DNA of 64,000 nucleotides, from contig NC_086106.1 in NCBI RefSeq assembly GCF_963921235.1, forward strand, positions 25,978,001-26,042,000, in the 5' to 3' direction. The stretch's first letter is position 1; the number at the start of each line of letters is the position of its first letter. The DNA is from Mobula hypostoma. Its lineage: Eukaryota. A program made the translations under genes and the position numbers. Under the pieces are notes generated by a model that worked only from the letters and a program-made list of their open reading frames with translations, did no database searches and was not told the DNA's origin. Below, in pieces: positions 38,620-51,539 of the stretch.

Positions 38620-40520
38620 TCAAGTTAGAGGTCAGTTGATTGTCATTGAACTGGGCACATGTATTCTGCCAAACGAACAACGATCCTACAGACCAAGGTG
38701 CACAACGAGGTACATATTACTCACACATATAACACATACAGTAATATTATTACAAATGAATTAATAAATATACGATACAAACTCAAAGGTTGACGCGTAA
38801 AATGCTACTGGTGTAATGAGACCGGACGATGAGATGCTTACGTGGTGCCAGGGAGCTCAATAGTCTTATGGCCTGGAGAAAGAAGGTCTTTCTCATTCTA
38901 ACAGTTCTTTTGTAATGCTACGGTACATATCCATGACGACAGGTGGTTGAAGAGATCGTTGGGAGGATGGGAGGGATTATTGACAATGCAAAGAGCCCAG
39001 GTGCAGCTTCCTCATTGATATCTAAAATTGAATGAAAAAAAGGCGCCGATGTGCCTCTCCGCAGTGCTTGCAACCTTTTGTAGGGACTTTCAGTCAGGTG
39101 CTTTGCAATTCCCATATGCAGGTTGGGGATGCAGCTCGTCAGAACACTCTCCATGGCGCTTCTGTAAACAATGGTTAAAACAGGCGGAGGAAACCTCGCA
39201 CGCCTCATCTCCTCAGGATGTGAAGACACTTTTTATGCTTTTCTGACCATAGAGGTAGTGTTGAGGGACTAGTTCAGATCGTCCATTATGTGCATTTCCC
39301 GAGCCTTGGCATTCCTGACTCTCTCCATGGTGGATTTGTCCATGTGCAATGAGGAGTTGTTAGCCAACACCCTCCGAAAGTCCACAATCATCTCTTTGGC
39401 CTTCTCCATCTTGAGACTCAAATTGCTGTGTTCTCACATTTCAACCAGCCAAATAATCGTCGCCGTTGACGAGGTCAACCATTATTCTGTCATTACCAAA
39501 CTTTATGACTCGGTTGAAATGGACATAGGAATTCAGACATGCGTCAGCAGGGTGAATAGAAGCGGGCTGTTTATGCAACCCTGGACAGCGCCGGTGATCA
39601 GCGTGATGCAGCTGGAGGTGATTCTGCCAACACGGACTGTCTGTAGCCTTTCTATCAAGAAGTCCAGTATCCAGTTTCAGAGAGAGGTGTTGAGACCCAT
39701 CGAGGGCAACTTACCCACCAGCTGCTGAGGGATGGTCTTATTAAACGTCGAGCTGAAGTCAATGAACAGTATCCTGACGTCTGCGGCACACCATTTTTTG
39801 GTAAAACAGTCAGGAGTGGAATGCGGAGGCTGTGGCATCCTCAAAGGGCATATGTGAGAGCTACGTATCCTGAAAATGGTCCACTTCAACAGGATGATGA
39901 GATTTAATGCGATCTATAAAAAGTTTCTCAATGGATATTAGTTAACTGGGATGAACTATCCCTCAGCCAACCGATCTGGTATATCAGCAGACTCTGCAGC
40001 GTTACGTGGGTTAGCCCTAGCTGGGGTATTCCTCACATCAGCTGCGGGCCTTCTCCACGGGGGCGGGAGGCGCTTTCCTCGCCGGTATTTGGTTCCGTGC
40101 AGCAAATCGAGCGTAGAAGACATTCAGCCTGTCAGGAAGACAAGCGTCACTGTTCTTGACACTCAGGGTGGGCGTGGAGTCCGTTATGGACTGAAAGCGC
40201 CGGCACGTTCTCCTCTTCCCTCAGGTGTCACAGAAATGGCTGTACATTCTCTGTGTATAATCCCGATGGCGCGGGAAAGTGCAGCTCTTGCTGACCTGAG
40301 AGCTGACTTACACACCCTTCCCCTGCCGATCTGAAGGCAGCATTCTGATTTCTCCGCCACCCGCGCGCAGTCCTCTACCGTCATACATGGCTTCGGCTTT
40401 GCTGTCGCTGAGGTGTCTTTAATAACGTTGACGTCCTCAATACACTTCACTATGTTGCAAACAGTTCTAACTCTCTCTGCTTCAACCTGATGTTGCCACC
40501 TGCTTTGAGAAGACATCTAA
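38620..40520 (-). mobile_element. Rex1/Babar-type LINE remnant
   Basis: [24 protein letters not shown]; YRSAMESVLTSCI. Confidence 0.8.
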
Positions 40521-42299
40521 CAGCACGTTCCCGAAGAACATGACCTTCCTTAACAACTCGCAGAAAATGCTGGAGGAACTCATCAATCCAAGCAGGATCC
40601 ATGGACCGATGGAAACTGTCTATGAACATTCCCCATGGTGCTGATGAACCTCCTGAGCTCCTTCGGCATCTTCCATGTGTTCCTCAAGAATTTTTAGAGT
40701 CTACAGGTTCGCCTGTTTCTTACGTGTCTGTGTCTGTGACTACCGCCCTAATATCTTCACATCCGCAATCAGGTCAGATCGTTGATGTATCCCTTACCCA
40801 TCGAAACATATACTGAAAGGCATCGTTTACGTCAACAACTAACACAAGATAAGGATTTGCTGCCACGCATTCCAGTGCCACAGAGTGTGCTCATAATGTT
40901 CAGCACCACTCAAGCAACGGCAACAGCAACCAAACAACAGCAAATTAAACCTTGCCGCCCTCCCACACCTACTCACATTCAGAGAGACCTCCAACCCCAG
41001 AACAGACCACCTCTAGGCTTGAACCTCTACTGGGCTCGAAGACATCGAGCCTCCAACTTCCCCATTGGACCCAGAGACTTGCCCTGGGCTTCTTGAATCG
41101 GACCTCTACTTCTGGAATCGCATACTTCGGCCTTAGACCTTCAAAATGAACCCCAAGACTCGGCAAAGACGGGAAAGCGAACTCCAGGCTTCCTGCGGAG
41201 TTCGAAGTTCTAAGGAGAGCTCCATCCCGGGCTCTCCGGCCAGATTCAATTTCACTGGATCCTAACCTGATCCAGAACTCCCCACTTTGCCGCCAGAACC
41301 TTCCCTACAACAGTAAAAGAAAAACTACATCTGAGCCACGACCTGAAAGGGGAACGCAGCACGGCGTCATCTCGACCGGATGTAGAGAAGGGTTCCGGGA
41401 GTCTTACCATGGCATACATTAGCACCGGCCTCCCGAAAATCCTCGACCCATGTTATTCGCCTTCTGCTGAATGTGGTCCATGTTGGACGTAATCATCTTC
41501 GTTCTACGTTCATCCCTGGAGCATCTGAACAGGAAGGACACCTAACTTAAACTTTGGTTTACTGACTTCAGCTCCATCTGATATGCTATAATTCAAAGCA
41601 AACTCAGCACCAAACCCCGAAACCTGGAAGTCAATGCTTCCCACTGTAACTGAATCCTCGACATCCTGACCAAAAGGCTGCAATCAGCTGGGATCGGCAG
41701 TAGCACCTCTCGCTCGATTATTCCCAACAACGGCGCCCCACAAGTTAGAATTATCATTCATCTACATTACTCTCCTATATAGCCATGCCTGCGTGGTTAG
41801 GTTCTCTCAGGTTCCATCTGCAGACTTGCAGATGAAAACACGGTAGTGGGCCTAATAGCGAATATCAATGTGTCAGAGTACAGAAGGGAGATAGAGAGCC
41901 TGGTGTCCTAGTGCAATGAAGATAATACTTCCCTAAATGTCAGCAATACAAAAGAGCAGCTCATTGACCAGCTGTAGTGAAAAATACTACTGTCCTAATA
42001 CAGGGTGCTGGGATCGCGAATCTTCATAGCTTCAAGGTCCTTGGAGTGAAAATCATCAATTGTCTATCTTTCTACAACAAAGATGACGCCACGAGCAAGA
42101 AAACTCAGCAGGACCTCTACCTCCTAGGGAGGCTGACAAAGATCGGCATATCTTCTTCGAGCTTCGCCAATGTTTATCTCATGGGGATCTTTAATGATTG
42201 ATACCTCCTTTTTGAGGTATCACTCCATGAAGATGTCCTGGATATGACGGTGGCAAGAGCCCGTGACTAAATCTGCAATTCCATACAGCTTATTTCGTT

Positions 42300-44745
42300 C
42301 CTTTGCAGTAGCCCCGATACCATCCTTGATTGGAATACTGCGCAGACGCAACAGGTCAGGCAAAGAGAATAAAATCCCACTTTCTATAAAAGAAAGGTAC
42401 TGCCTAGCGGATCTGTTATCGTAGGAGTGATCAACGTCGGAGTAGTCTGGGGCAGAGTAATAATATTTTGGATCAACAGGGCTTCGGCGACTACAGGAGG
42501 AGACAAGTTAATTAGGTAATTCCATTCCTTATTTCTTACTGAAATCTTGAGAGAATATTGGATGACTTTTCTAGGTGACAGATGTGGAATTTGCATGGGT
42601 AACAAAAACATTATGGACATCAGATATTGGCCTGCAAATAGTAGCCAAGATGTAGAGTTGACATTGCAGAGGGAGATGGAAAATATATATAATAATGATA
42701 ATGACACAATTATAATGGCGGACTTCAATATGCAACGGGATTGGGAAAATTAGGTTGGTGTCGGATCGTAAAGGAGAGGATTCGTAGAATGCCTACAAGA
42801 TGGCTTTTTAAAGCAGCTTGTCCTTGAATCCACTCTGCGAAAAGCTATATTAGATTGGGCGTTGTGTAATAACCCAGATCTTAATTTGGACCCTTGGAGG
42901 AGGTGCGATGACGGCAGAGTAGAGATGGCTAAGGTTTCTGTGAATAGTTCACAAGGCACAGTATAGATATGTCTCCACAGAGGAAGACGTTCTCAAATGG
43001 CAAGGGCGGGCAACTTTGGCTGACAAAGGAAGTTAAGGACTGCATAAAAGCCAAGGAAAGAGCATATAAAGTAGCAAAAATCAGTGGGAAGTTGAATGAT
43101 TGGGAAACTTTTATAATCCAAGGAAAGGCAAAAAAAAAAAGCTATAAAGAGGGGAAGGACGAACAGACGTGAGTGCCATTGTTATTACAAAGGAGAAAGT
43201 GATAGGAAAACTCAAAGATCTTAAGGTGGATAAGTCACCTGGACCAGATGGACTACATCCCAGATTCCTGACAGATGTAGCTGAAGAGATAACGGATACA
43301 TTGGTCGTGATCTTTCAGGAGTCACCAGAAAAATGCAAATGTCACCACCGTATAACAAGGGAGGAAAGCAAAATAAAGGAAATAATTGGCTAGTTAGCCT
43401 AACCTCAGAGGTGGGAATGAGCTGTTATCTATTATTAAGGATGAGGTTTCGGAGTACTTGGAGACCAATGATAAAATAAATCAATATCAGCATGGTTTCT
43501 GCGAAAGGAAATCTTGTCTAACAAACTTGTTAGAGTTCTTTGAGGAAGTAGCAAGCAGGGTGGATAAGGGAGAGGCGGCGGAAGTTAGTTACTTGGATTT
43601 TCAGAAGACGTTCGATAAGGTGCCACACATGACTGCTTAACGAGCTAAACTCCTGTGGCGTTACAGGAAAGATACTGGCATGGTATCTCAGGCTGACGGA
43701 GAGGAAGCAGCGAATGGGAATATAAGGGGCCTTTTCTGGTTGGCTGCCGGTGACTATGTGTTGCTCCTCGGAGTCAGTATTGGGACCGCTACTTTTCACA
43801 TTGTTTGTCAGTGATTTAGATAATGGAATTGATGGTTTTGTGCCAAAGTTTGAGGATGATACGAAGATAGGTGGAGGAGTAGAAGTGCTGAGGAAGTAAC
43901 TCGATTGCAACAGGACAGACAAATTGGAAGAATGGGCTAAAAAGTGGCAGATGGTACACAGTGTTAGGAAATGTATGATAATGCATTTTGGTAAAATGAG
44001 CAATAGTGCAGACCATTGTCTAAACAGGGCGAAGTTTTAATCAGCAGTGGTGCAAAGGGACTTTGGAGTCCTCGTGCAAGACTCCCAGAAAGTTAAGTTA
44101 CAGGTCGGGTCTGCGGTAAAGAATGCAAATGCAATGTTGGCACTTATTTCAAGGTTAATAGAATATAAAAGCAAAGTGATAATTCTGAGCCTTTATCAGA
44201 CCCTAGTGTATTGTCAACAGTTTTGGGCTCCATATCTCAGAAAGTATGTGCTGTCATTGGAGGAGATGTTTACGGGGATGATTCTGAAAATCCGGTGGTT
44301 AACATATGAGGAGCGTTTGGCAGCTTTGCGTCTGTACTCACAATTTAGAAGCCAGCGGAGAGATCTATCGAAACCGAATGCTAAAAGGAGTAGATAGGCT
44401 GGATATGGAGAGGATGTTTCCTATTGTAAGGAGTATCCACAACTAAAGGGCAGAGCCTCGTAATTCCAGGACAATCATTTAGAACAGAGGTAAGGGGGAA
44501 TCTATTTGGCAGAGAGAAGTGAATCTGTGGAATGGTCTGCCATGGACTACAGTGGAGGTCAAGTCCGTGAGTATATTTCAGGCGGAAGTTGATCATTTCG
44601 AGATTGGTCAGAGCGTCAAACGATATGGCGAGAAGGAAAGTGTATAGTGTTGGCTGGGATCTGGAATCAGCCATGATGGAATGGCGGAGCAGACTCGATG
44701 GGCTGAATGGTCTAATACTGCTCCTATGTCTTATGGTCTTATGGT
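42300..44745 (+). mobile_element. Decayed CR1 (ORF1 esterase, endonuclease, RT, 3' tail)
   Basis: IIMADFN; KVDKSPGPDGLHPRFL; YLDFQKTFDKVPH; atggtcttatggtct tail. Confidence 0.85.
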
Positions 44746-45350
44746 CTCACACCCGACAGTGATGCTGCCAGTTTGAATGCTCTCCGCAAAGGATTTGTAG
44801 AAATTTGAGAGATTCTTTCGTGACATACCAAATCTCCTTGAAATATACCCATTATCGTGCATTCTTTGTAGCCGTATCGAAATGCTGGGCGCAGGATATT
44901 GACACCGAGGAAGTTCAAATTGCTGATTTCCCACTTCTGATCTCTCTATGACCAGTGGTGTGTATTACTGCTGTTACCATTCGTGAAGTCCACTGATTGA
45001 AGTCCACAATCAGTTCCTTGGACTTACTGTTGGTGAGTCCAAGTTTGTAGATGTGAGACACCTCAACGAGGTGATATATCTCTCTCCTTGACGCCCTCTC
45101 GTCACTATGTGACATTCTTCCAACAATAGTTGTGTCGTCAGCAAACTTATAGATGGTATTTCAGTTGAGCCTAGCCACCCAGTCGTGCGTGTAGAGAGAG
45201 GCGGCAGAGAGCTCTCCCTGTTGGAGTCCCAGTGCAACCTATCGAGGACACAACACAGCACATCACGGAACGCCCCTCCCGAGACTCTATCTATACCTCT
45301 CGCTGCTTCTGTAATATGCCCAGAATAATTAAAGACTTCAGTCATTCCAG
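44745..45350 (-). mobile_element. Rex1/Babar fragment
   Basis: [10 protein letters not shown] (aagtttgctgacgacacaactattgttgga); SKSKELIVDF. Confidence 0.7.
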
Positions 45351-45929
45351 CCATTCCCTCTTCTGACTCTTTTACATTGGGATATGATATAAAGACTGAA
45401 ATCACGCACCGCCTGGCTCATGACAACCGTTATAAGTCAATTGCATAGTTCCTTTCTATGAAAAGATGTAAATTTTAACCTTATTCTCCCGCGTCCCATC
45501 CATCTCTCTCGACCAACATCGTTCTCGGTATCTCATTGCTCTCCACGTCTCACTCTTTCATTCACTTACTCCCTCTCTAAACATCTCCATCAATTGTACC
45601 GCCTTCTTTCCCCTGCCAGATTACTGTTCCTATCTATTTCTCCTTTTGCTCGGATTCTTGCAGATTTTTCTCATTCGCAAAGACTTATCTACGAAAAAGT
45701 TGATCTCCACTCCTCGTAGGAAACTGCTATTCCAGGTTCCGAGTGTGCTGTAATTCTTGTCCCTCGGCCCCTGCAACCTCCAGTAGCCTCTGAGGAAGGA
45801 GCTGTGTTGTCGCCTGAATGGGATGGTGTTCGATGTTCAACAGGAAATGGTGGGGCGAGGGTGCCTTCTAATGCGCCTAATATATGCAGGATGAGCCTTT
45901 GGCCCGAGCCGTCGCTCTGCATTAATGAG

Positions 45930-46112
45930 TGCTGATCCGAGCAAAAATACGCAGCGGAATCGGGCTCAAAACCGCTGGAGATATTTCAATGGAACCAGTG
46001 GCCATTTCTGTCCAAACAACCTGAAATCCTGACCGATGTCTTTTGCTACCGAGTTTCGTCCTCGTAAATCAAACACATGACCCTCGCAAATATTTGGGTG
46101 CGCCACTTCCAA
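45930..46112 (-). pseudogene. 5'-truncated V relic (FR2-FR3 plus decayed RSS) downstream of the family-A pseudogene
   Basis: GSGAPKYLR; RISGCLDRNGHWFH*NISSGFEPDSAAYFCSDQ. The RSS spacer resembles family B (CAGaGcGACGGC). Confidence 0.75.
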
Positions 46113-46203
46113 TTTTCTAGCGAAAGACGTCCTCCAACGACCTCTTACTGCATCACACCACGACATATTTTATTGGAAGCCACAGTCTCCTTGCCATGCA
46201 TTG

Positions 46204-46540
46204 TTCCCCATAGCACAGAAGTACACGGCGGAGTCTGACACAAGACCTCTAGAGATATTAAAATGAGCCATTTTTTCTGCCTCTCTACAAAGCAGCGGTA
46301 AATCTCACTGGACTTTCTGGAGATCCGGAGGTATATAACTTCAGCAAGTACTTTGGAGTTTCCCCAAGATGACAAATGTATCAAACACAATGCACTGACG
46401 CCATTGTAATTATAGATCAGTCCTGCGATCTGCCCTTTCTCAAACGTTAATTCAGGCGACTGCTGAGTCACTGAATCTTGCCCACTCGCTCCTTCACGAA
46501 AAGGGCAACCAATATAATCCAAAGAACGGACGGAACACAT
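46204..46540 (-). pseudogene. TCR V pseudogene, family A
   Basis: GASGQDSVTQQSPELTFEKGQIAGLIY (first Cys lost), frameshift, ...AHFNISRGLVSDSAVYFCAMG. Intron reduced to GTGAAG. Heptamer decayed to CAATGCA. Confidence 0.92.
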
Positions 46541-47785
46541 GGTGTCGATTGAAAAGCAGCTTACTTCCAAATAGTTAATTACGTTCACCGATATTGCAGA
46601 ATAAGATTAGTCCTGCTACCCGTCTCAGCATGTGTAATACTCGGGCCGTTGTTCAGTCAATCGATTTATTGGTGTGAACAAAAGCTCCGGTTCCCAATCA
46701 GAATTAGTAGTGCCTCACTTCGTCTGCCTGTTTCTGTTAGTCTTTACAACCTATTTTCTCTCCATCCTGCACCTTGCCTTGTCTCTCCTACATCCACTCA
46801 TCTGCAATCTCACTCACTCATTCTCACGCAGACAACTATCTGCCTCTTCCTTTCTCGTCGTCTACCTCTCTCTCCCTCTTTCAAACAAGCACACACACAG
46901 TATCGCTCCCTGTCCGTACCGCATTGATTCACAGACTGTATCCTCAGTCGCCATGTTCGTCGCCCTAACTCTTCCTTCTTGTTCTACTTCCACGAGATTT
47001 AACTACCTTCGTTTCTCATTCTACTAAACAATTCATCGCTGTCCTTCCTTTTCTCATTTCCTCCTCTTTGTCGTTCATTCCCTTCCGCTTAAAACTTTTC
47101 CCCTCCCATTCCTGCTCTCTGTCTCGTTCCTTTCCATACAGCTATTCATTATTTGCTTTTTTTCTTTCTTCCTATTCCATCGCTCACTACTTTGCACGCT
47201 TTCATCCCTCTCCCTTGTTTTTCCTTCACGCTCTCGTCCTCTCTTTCCACGTTGTCCTTTTCCATTTCTCGGGTTCTCTCTGTACCCCCACACGCAATTT
47301 CAGTTGCTCGCACTCTCTTTCCGCTGCGTTTCCGCTTCCCTCCCTCTCTCTCATCCAGCGTATTGCTCACTTGGCCACCATTCCTTTCGCTGTCTTACTT
47401 CTTCATTGCCCTCTGGGCCGCCATATTTCACTTACTTACTCTCTATCTCCCTCTCTCTCTCTCTCTCGCTCTCTCTATCCCGCCATACATCATCACAATC
47501 GCACCCCATCTTCCACAGTACTATCGCTCTTTCTGAGAACGCTATCCACACATAATATACATGTCTCGCCTTCCTCCCCTCGGAGTCCGAAAGTAAGGGA
47601 CACGCCACTGAGGACAGAGGGAAATGGGAACGTCTTTTCTCGGCAGTGGTCGGAGCGGTTTAGTGAGGGTATTGAATCATTTGTTGCTCGGCGCTGCAGA
47701 CTTCAGTAGCGCCACACCGGGGAGGGTACATTTTTGACAGGGTACCATGGACGGACCTTATTTGATGTAGTGAGTGTGACTCAGG

Positions 47786-47799
47786 GCGCCCTCTACAGC
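47786..47799 (-). promoter_or_regulatory. CTCF-like motif 21 bp downstream of the RSS nonamer
   Basis: GCTGTAGAGGGCGC, 12/14 match to CCRSYAGRKGGCRS. Confidence 0.6.
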
Positions 47800-47820
47800 G
47801 AGAGCCCACTACTCAGGGTG

Positions 47821-47859
47821 AGTTTTTGTCCTGATCCGCCGTCACCCTGGAGCACTGTG
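47821..47859 (-). other. 23-bp-spacer recombination signal sequence
   Basis: CACAGTG (47853-47859), 23-nt spacer, ACAAAAACT (47821-47829). Confidence 0.96.
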
Positions 47860-48291
47860 GGCTCCACGGCGCAAAGATACAGGGCGGAATCCGGCATAAC
47901 AGTCTTCGAAATACTTAAATAAAACCGCTGGCCAGTTTTGTTTAGAGAACCTGAAACCCTGTCCGAAATGCCTTCAGGCCGATCCGCGTCTCCTGTGCTG
48001 AATATTGTTAACAATAGTTTCAGAGATTTTCCAGAATGTTGAGCGTACCAGAAATAGGTTCTGCCCGTTTCCGAGTAGCTGCAGCTCAGCGACGCTGCTT
48101 GACCTTCCTCGATCATTAATTCCTTCCGATCCTGAGTCACGGAGATTGCCGCACTCGTACCTGTAACAAATCCCAGAGTGTGTTAGCGGCGCCGGATCGC
48201 ACTGAACATGAAAAACACGCGCTATCCGATTAACCAGAGACTCACCAGGGAGAGCAGCCGTTAGAATCAGCAACCAATACATGGGAGACAT
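47860..48291 (-). CDS. TRAV/TRDV: Intact TCR alpha/delta-type V gene segment, family B (leader exon 48246-48291, V exon 47860-48160)
   Basis: Spliced: MSPMYWLLILTAALPGTSAAISVTQDRKELMIEEGQAASLSCSYSETGRTYFWYAQHSGKSLKLLLTIFSTGDADRPEGISDRVSGSLNKTGQRFYLSISKTVMPDSALYLCAVE. 85-nt GT-AG intron, near-consensus 23-RSS. Confidence 0.95.
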
Positions 48292-48619
48292 GGTGTCTGC
48301 ATTACAATCAATACAATTTATGAAATTGTGACTTGAGAGAAGGTAATACCTTCACGTCTGGACCAGCAGGGACTTAATGGGAGACAGGAGGCGTGTCTCT
48401 CGCACCTCATTTGTCACTTACGCAAGATAAAGGATTATGAAACCAATCCGAACAGGCGTGTCTTAACGGACTCTCTCTCTCGGTCCTTCTCGCCCGTCTT
48501 CATCTTGTCGTCAGAACCGTTCGCACATCGTCTCTCCTTCCCTTCTTTCTCTCCCTTAATCAATTTCTCAACTGTTTGCCGACTCTTCTCTCCTTTCTAT
48601 TTTCTATTTTCCCCTCTCT

Positions 48620-50570
48620 TTTCCTTTCTCATTTGTTCGGAGACACTTCTAGCCGTTTTCCTTGGAAGTAAGCGAGTATTATTCTTTGCATCAGTCTTCA
48701 CTGTGGAAGACAATAGCAGGTGCCAGCTGTTAAACGGTGCGGGGAAGAGAAGTGAATGCAATTACAAATACAAAGGAGAATCTGTTCAAAATGCCGAAAA
48801 ATCTAAGGGTAATAAGTCATCCAAACCAGACGAAGTGCACACTGGGTTTCTGTGACAAGTAGCGATAGAGATTGTGGAGGCATTAGTAAAGATCCTTCAA
48901 AAATCATTGGACTCTGGCATGGTGGCAGAGGACTGGAAAATTGCAAATGCCCCTCCACACTTTAAGGAAGGAGGAAGGCAGAAAAGAAATTATAGACCAG
49001 TTAGCTTGGCCTCAGTGACTGGAGTCAATTGTTCAGGATAATTTTATAGAGGACTCGGTGACACCGGACAAGATAGGACAAAGTCAGCATGGGTTCCTTA
49101 AGGGAAAATCTTGCCTGACGAACCCGGTGGAATTTTCTGAGGAGATTACAAGAAGGATAGATTTTAAAAAAACATGGCATGCATGTTGTACATTTCGATT
49201 TACAAAAGGCCTTTGACAAGGTGCCACACAGAAGGCTCCTTACCAAAATAAAAGCCCATGTTATTACTGGAATGTTTAGATCATTGCATGATTGGTGGGA
49301 GACAGCGAGTGGGAATACAAGATCTTTATTTCTGATTGGCTGCCAGTGGCTAGTGGTGTTCCACTGGGGTCGGTGTTAGGCCTTTTCTTTTTATGCTGAA
49401 TATCAGTGATTTATAAGATGGAATAAATGGTTTTGTTGCCAGGTTTGCAGATGATGCGAAGATTGGTGGAGCTGCAGGTAGTGTTGAGGAAACAGGTAGG
49501 CTGCAGAAGGACTTAGGCAGATTAGGAGAATGGAAAAGAGAGTGGCAAATGAAATACAAACTTGGATAATGCATGGTCATCACTTTGGTAGAAGAAATAA
49601 ATGTGCAGACTATTTCCAAAACTGGGAGAAAATCCAAAACTCTTAGATGCAAAGATGCAAAGGGATTTGGGAGTTCTTGTGCAGAGCACCCAGAAGATTA
49701 ACTTGCAGGTAGAGTCGGCGGTAAGAAGGCAACAGCACTATTAGCATTCATTTCAAGAGGTGTAGAATCGTAAACACACAATAATCTGCAGATGCTGGGG
49801 TCAAAGCAACACTCACGACACGCTGGAGGAACTCAGCAGGTCGGGCAGCATCGTTGGAAAAGATCGGTCGACGTTTCGGGTCGGAACCCTTCGTCAGGAC
49901 CATAGAGGGAAGGGGCAGAGGCCCTATAAAGAAGGTTGGGGGAGGGTACAATACAAGATTAGGGATGTGATGCTGAAACTTTAAAAGGCACTGGTGAGGT
50001 CTCACCTTGTGTATTGTGAACAGCTTTGGGCTCCTCATCTAAGAGAAATATCCTGCCATTGGAGAGAGTTCCGAGGAGGTTTTCAAGGATTATTCGGGGA
50101 ATGCAAGGGTTATCATAAGAGGAACTTTGACAATTCTAGGTCTGCACCCACTGGAATATAGAAGAATAAGGAGGGATCTCATTGAAACGTTTCGAATGCT
50201 GAATGTCCGAGACGACAGAAATGGAAAGGATGTTTCCTATAGTGGGTGATTCTCGGACAAGAGGGCAGAGCCTCAGGAGAGAGGGCCGTCAATTTAAAAC
50301 AGAGATGCAGAATTTTTTCTTTCACCAGAGGGTAGTGAATTTGTGGAAGTTGTTACCACCTGCAGCTGTAGAGGCCAGATCGTTGAGTGTATTTAAAGCA
50401 GAGCTTGATAGGTCCTTGTTTGTCCACGGCACCAAAGGATACGAGGGGAAGGCCGGAGAGAGGGGCTGAGGAGGGAGGAAAATGGATCATTCATGTCTGA
50501 ATGGCGGAGCAGACTCGATGACCCAAATGGCCTAATTCTGCTCCTATGTCTTATGGTCTTATGGTCTTAT
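48620..50570 (+). mobile_element. Decayed CR1 with a Penelope-type terminal repeat inserted at about 49770-49960
   Basis: HFDLQKAFDKVPHRRLL; FFHQRVVNLW; 3' tail. Confidence 0.8.
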
Positions 50571-50865
50571 GGCATATTTCAAAATGAGCAGGTTTTAACA
50601 GAGTCTCTCACTTTTTCGCTCTTGACCGTTCTTGCACATCTCCTTCTTGTCTGTTTTCTCTCATTCTTACCTGTTTTCTAACTCTTCTTCCCTTTCGCTC
50701 AATCCCTCTCTTTACCTTTCTCTTTATTTGTTCTCCCTCTTTACTCATTTTCTCCACTCTCTCCTCTCCCTCCCTCTTCCCACTTCCTGAATGTCTCCAT
50801 CCCTCTCGCTATCCACTTTCCGGCCTCTCCTTGCTCTGCCTTCCTTTGTCTCTTTATTGCTTTTT

Positions 50866-51087
50866 NNNNNNNNNNNNNNNNNNNNNNNNNNNNNNNNNNN
50901 NNNNNNNNNNNNNNNNNNNNNNNNNNNNNNNNNNNNNNNNNNNNNNNNNNNNNNNNNNNNNNNNNNNNNNNNNNNNNNNNNNNNNNNNNNNNNNNNNNNN
51001 NNNNNNNNNNNNNNNNNNNNNNNNNNNNNNNNNNNNNNNNNNNNNNNNNNNNNNNNNNNNNNNNNNNNNNNNNNNNNNNNNNNNNNN
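50866..51087. other. Assembly gap (N run) in a CT-rich tract
   Basis: N bases. Confidence 1.
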
Positions 51088-51179
51088 TGTCTCTCTCACT
51101 CTTCCTCCCACATGCAAGCAGAGAGCTTCCATAATAATGGCTACACACTGTGACTGTCCCAAGGATCAATTACGGGACG

Positions 51180-51494
51180 ACGAATGTTAAAGAATAATGA
51201 ACGTATCTGGTCTGATACAATAGCCAATATTTCTCTTGTTGCTATCATCTGTAACTGTGGTTCATCCATCAAGAGTGTGATCGTCATGTCTCGCATACTC
51301 ACTAATCAGAGTATGGAGCACCGCAAAGATGGTAAAGGACAAAGGAGAGACCTCCATTGTGGTCTGGTTCCCTTATATAAATAGACTAGGTGCAAATCCA
51401 TGACGGAGGATATACACAGAACCTTCATTTTGGGTGATGTGTCTGTCCGTTTAAGGATTTATGTTCGGTGTTTATAGGGCTGAGTGTTTATATA
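51180..51494 (-). pseudogene. Family-C V-like relic
   Basis: VLCISSVMDLHLVYLYKG (C...W-position L, then YK); GGLSFVLY; PYSD. Confidence 0.5.
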
Positions 51495-51539
51495 CCGAAA
51501 AAAAAATGTCGATTGAACGGTATGGTTCTGGATTTTGAA

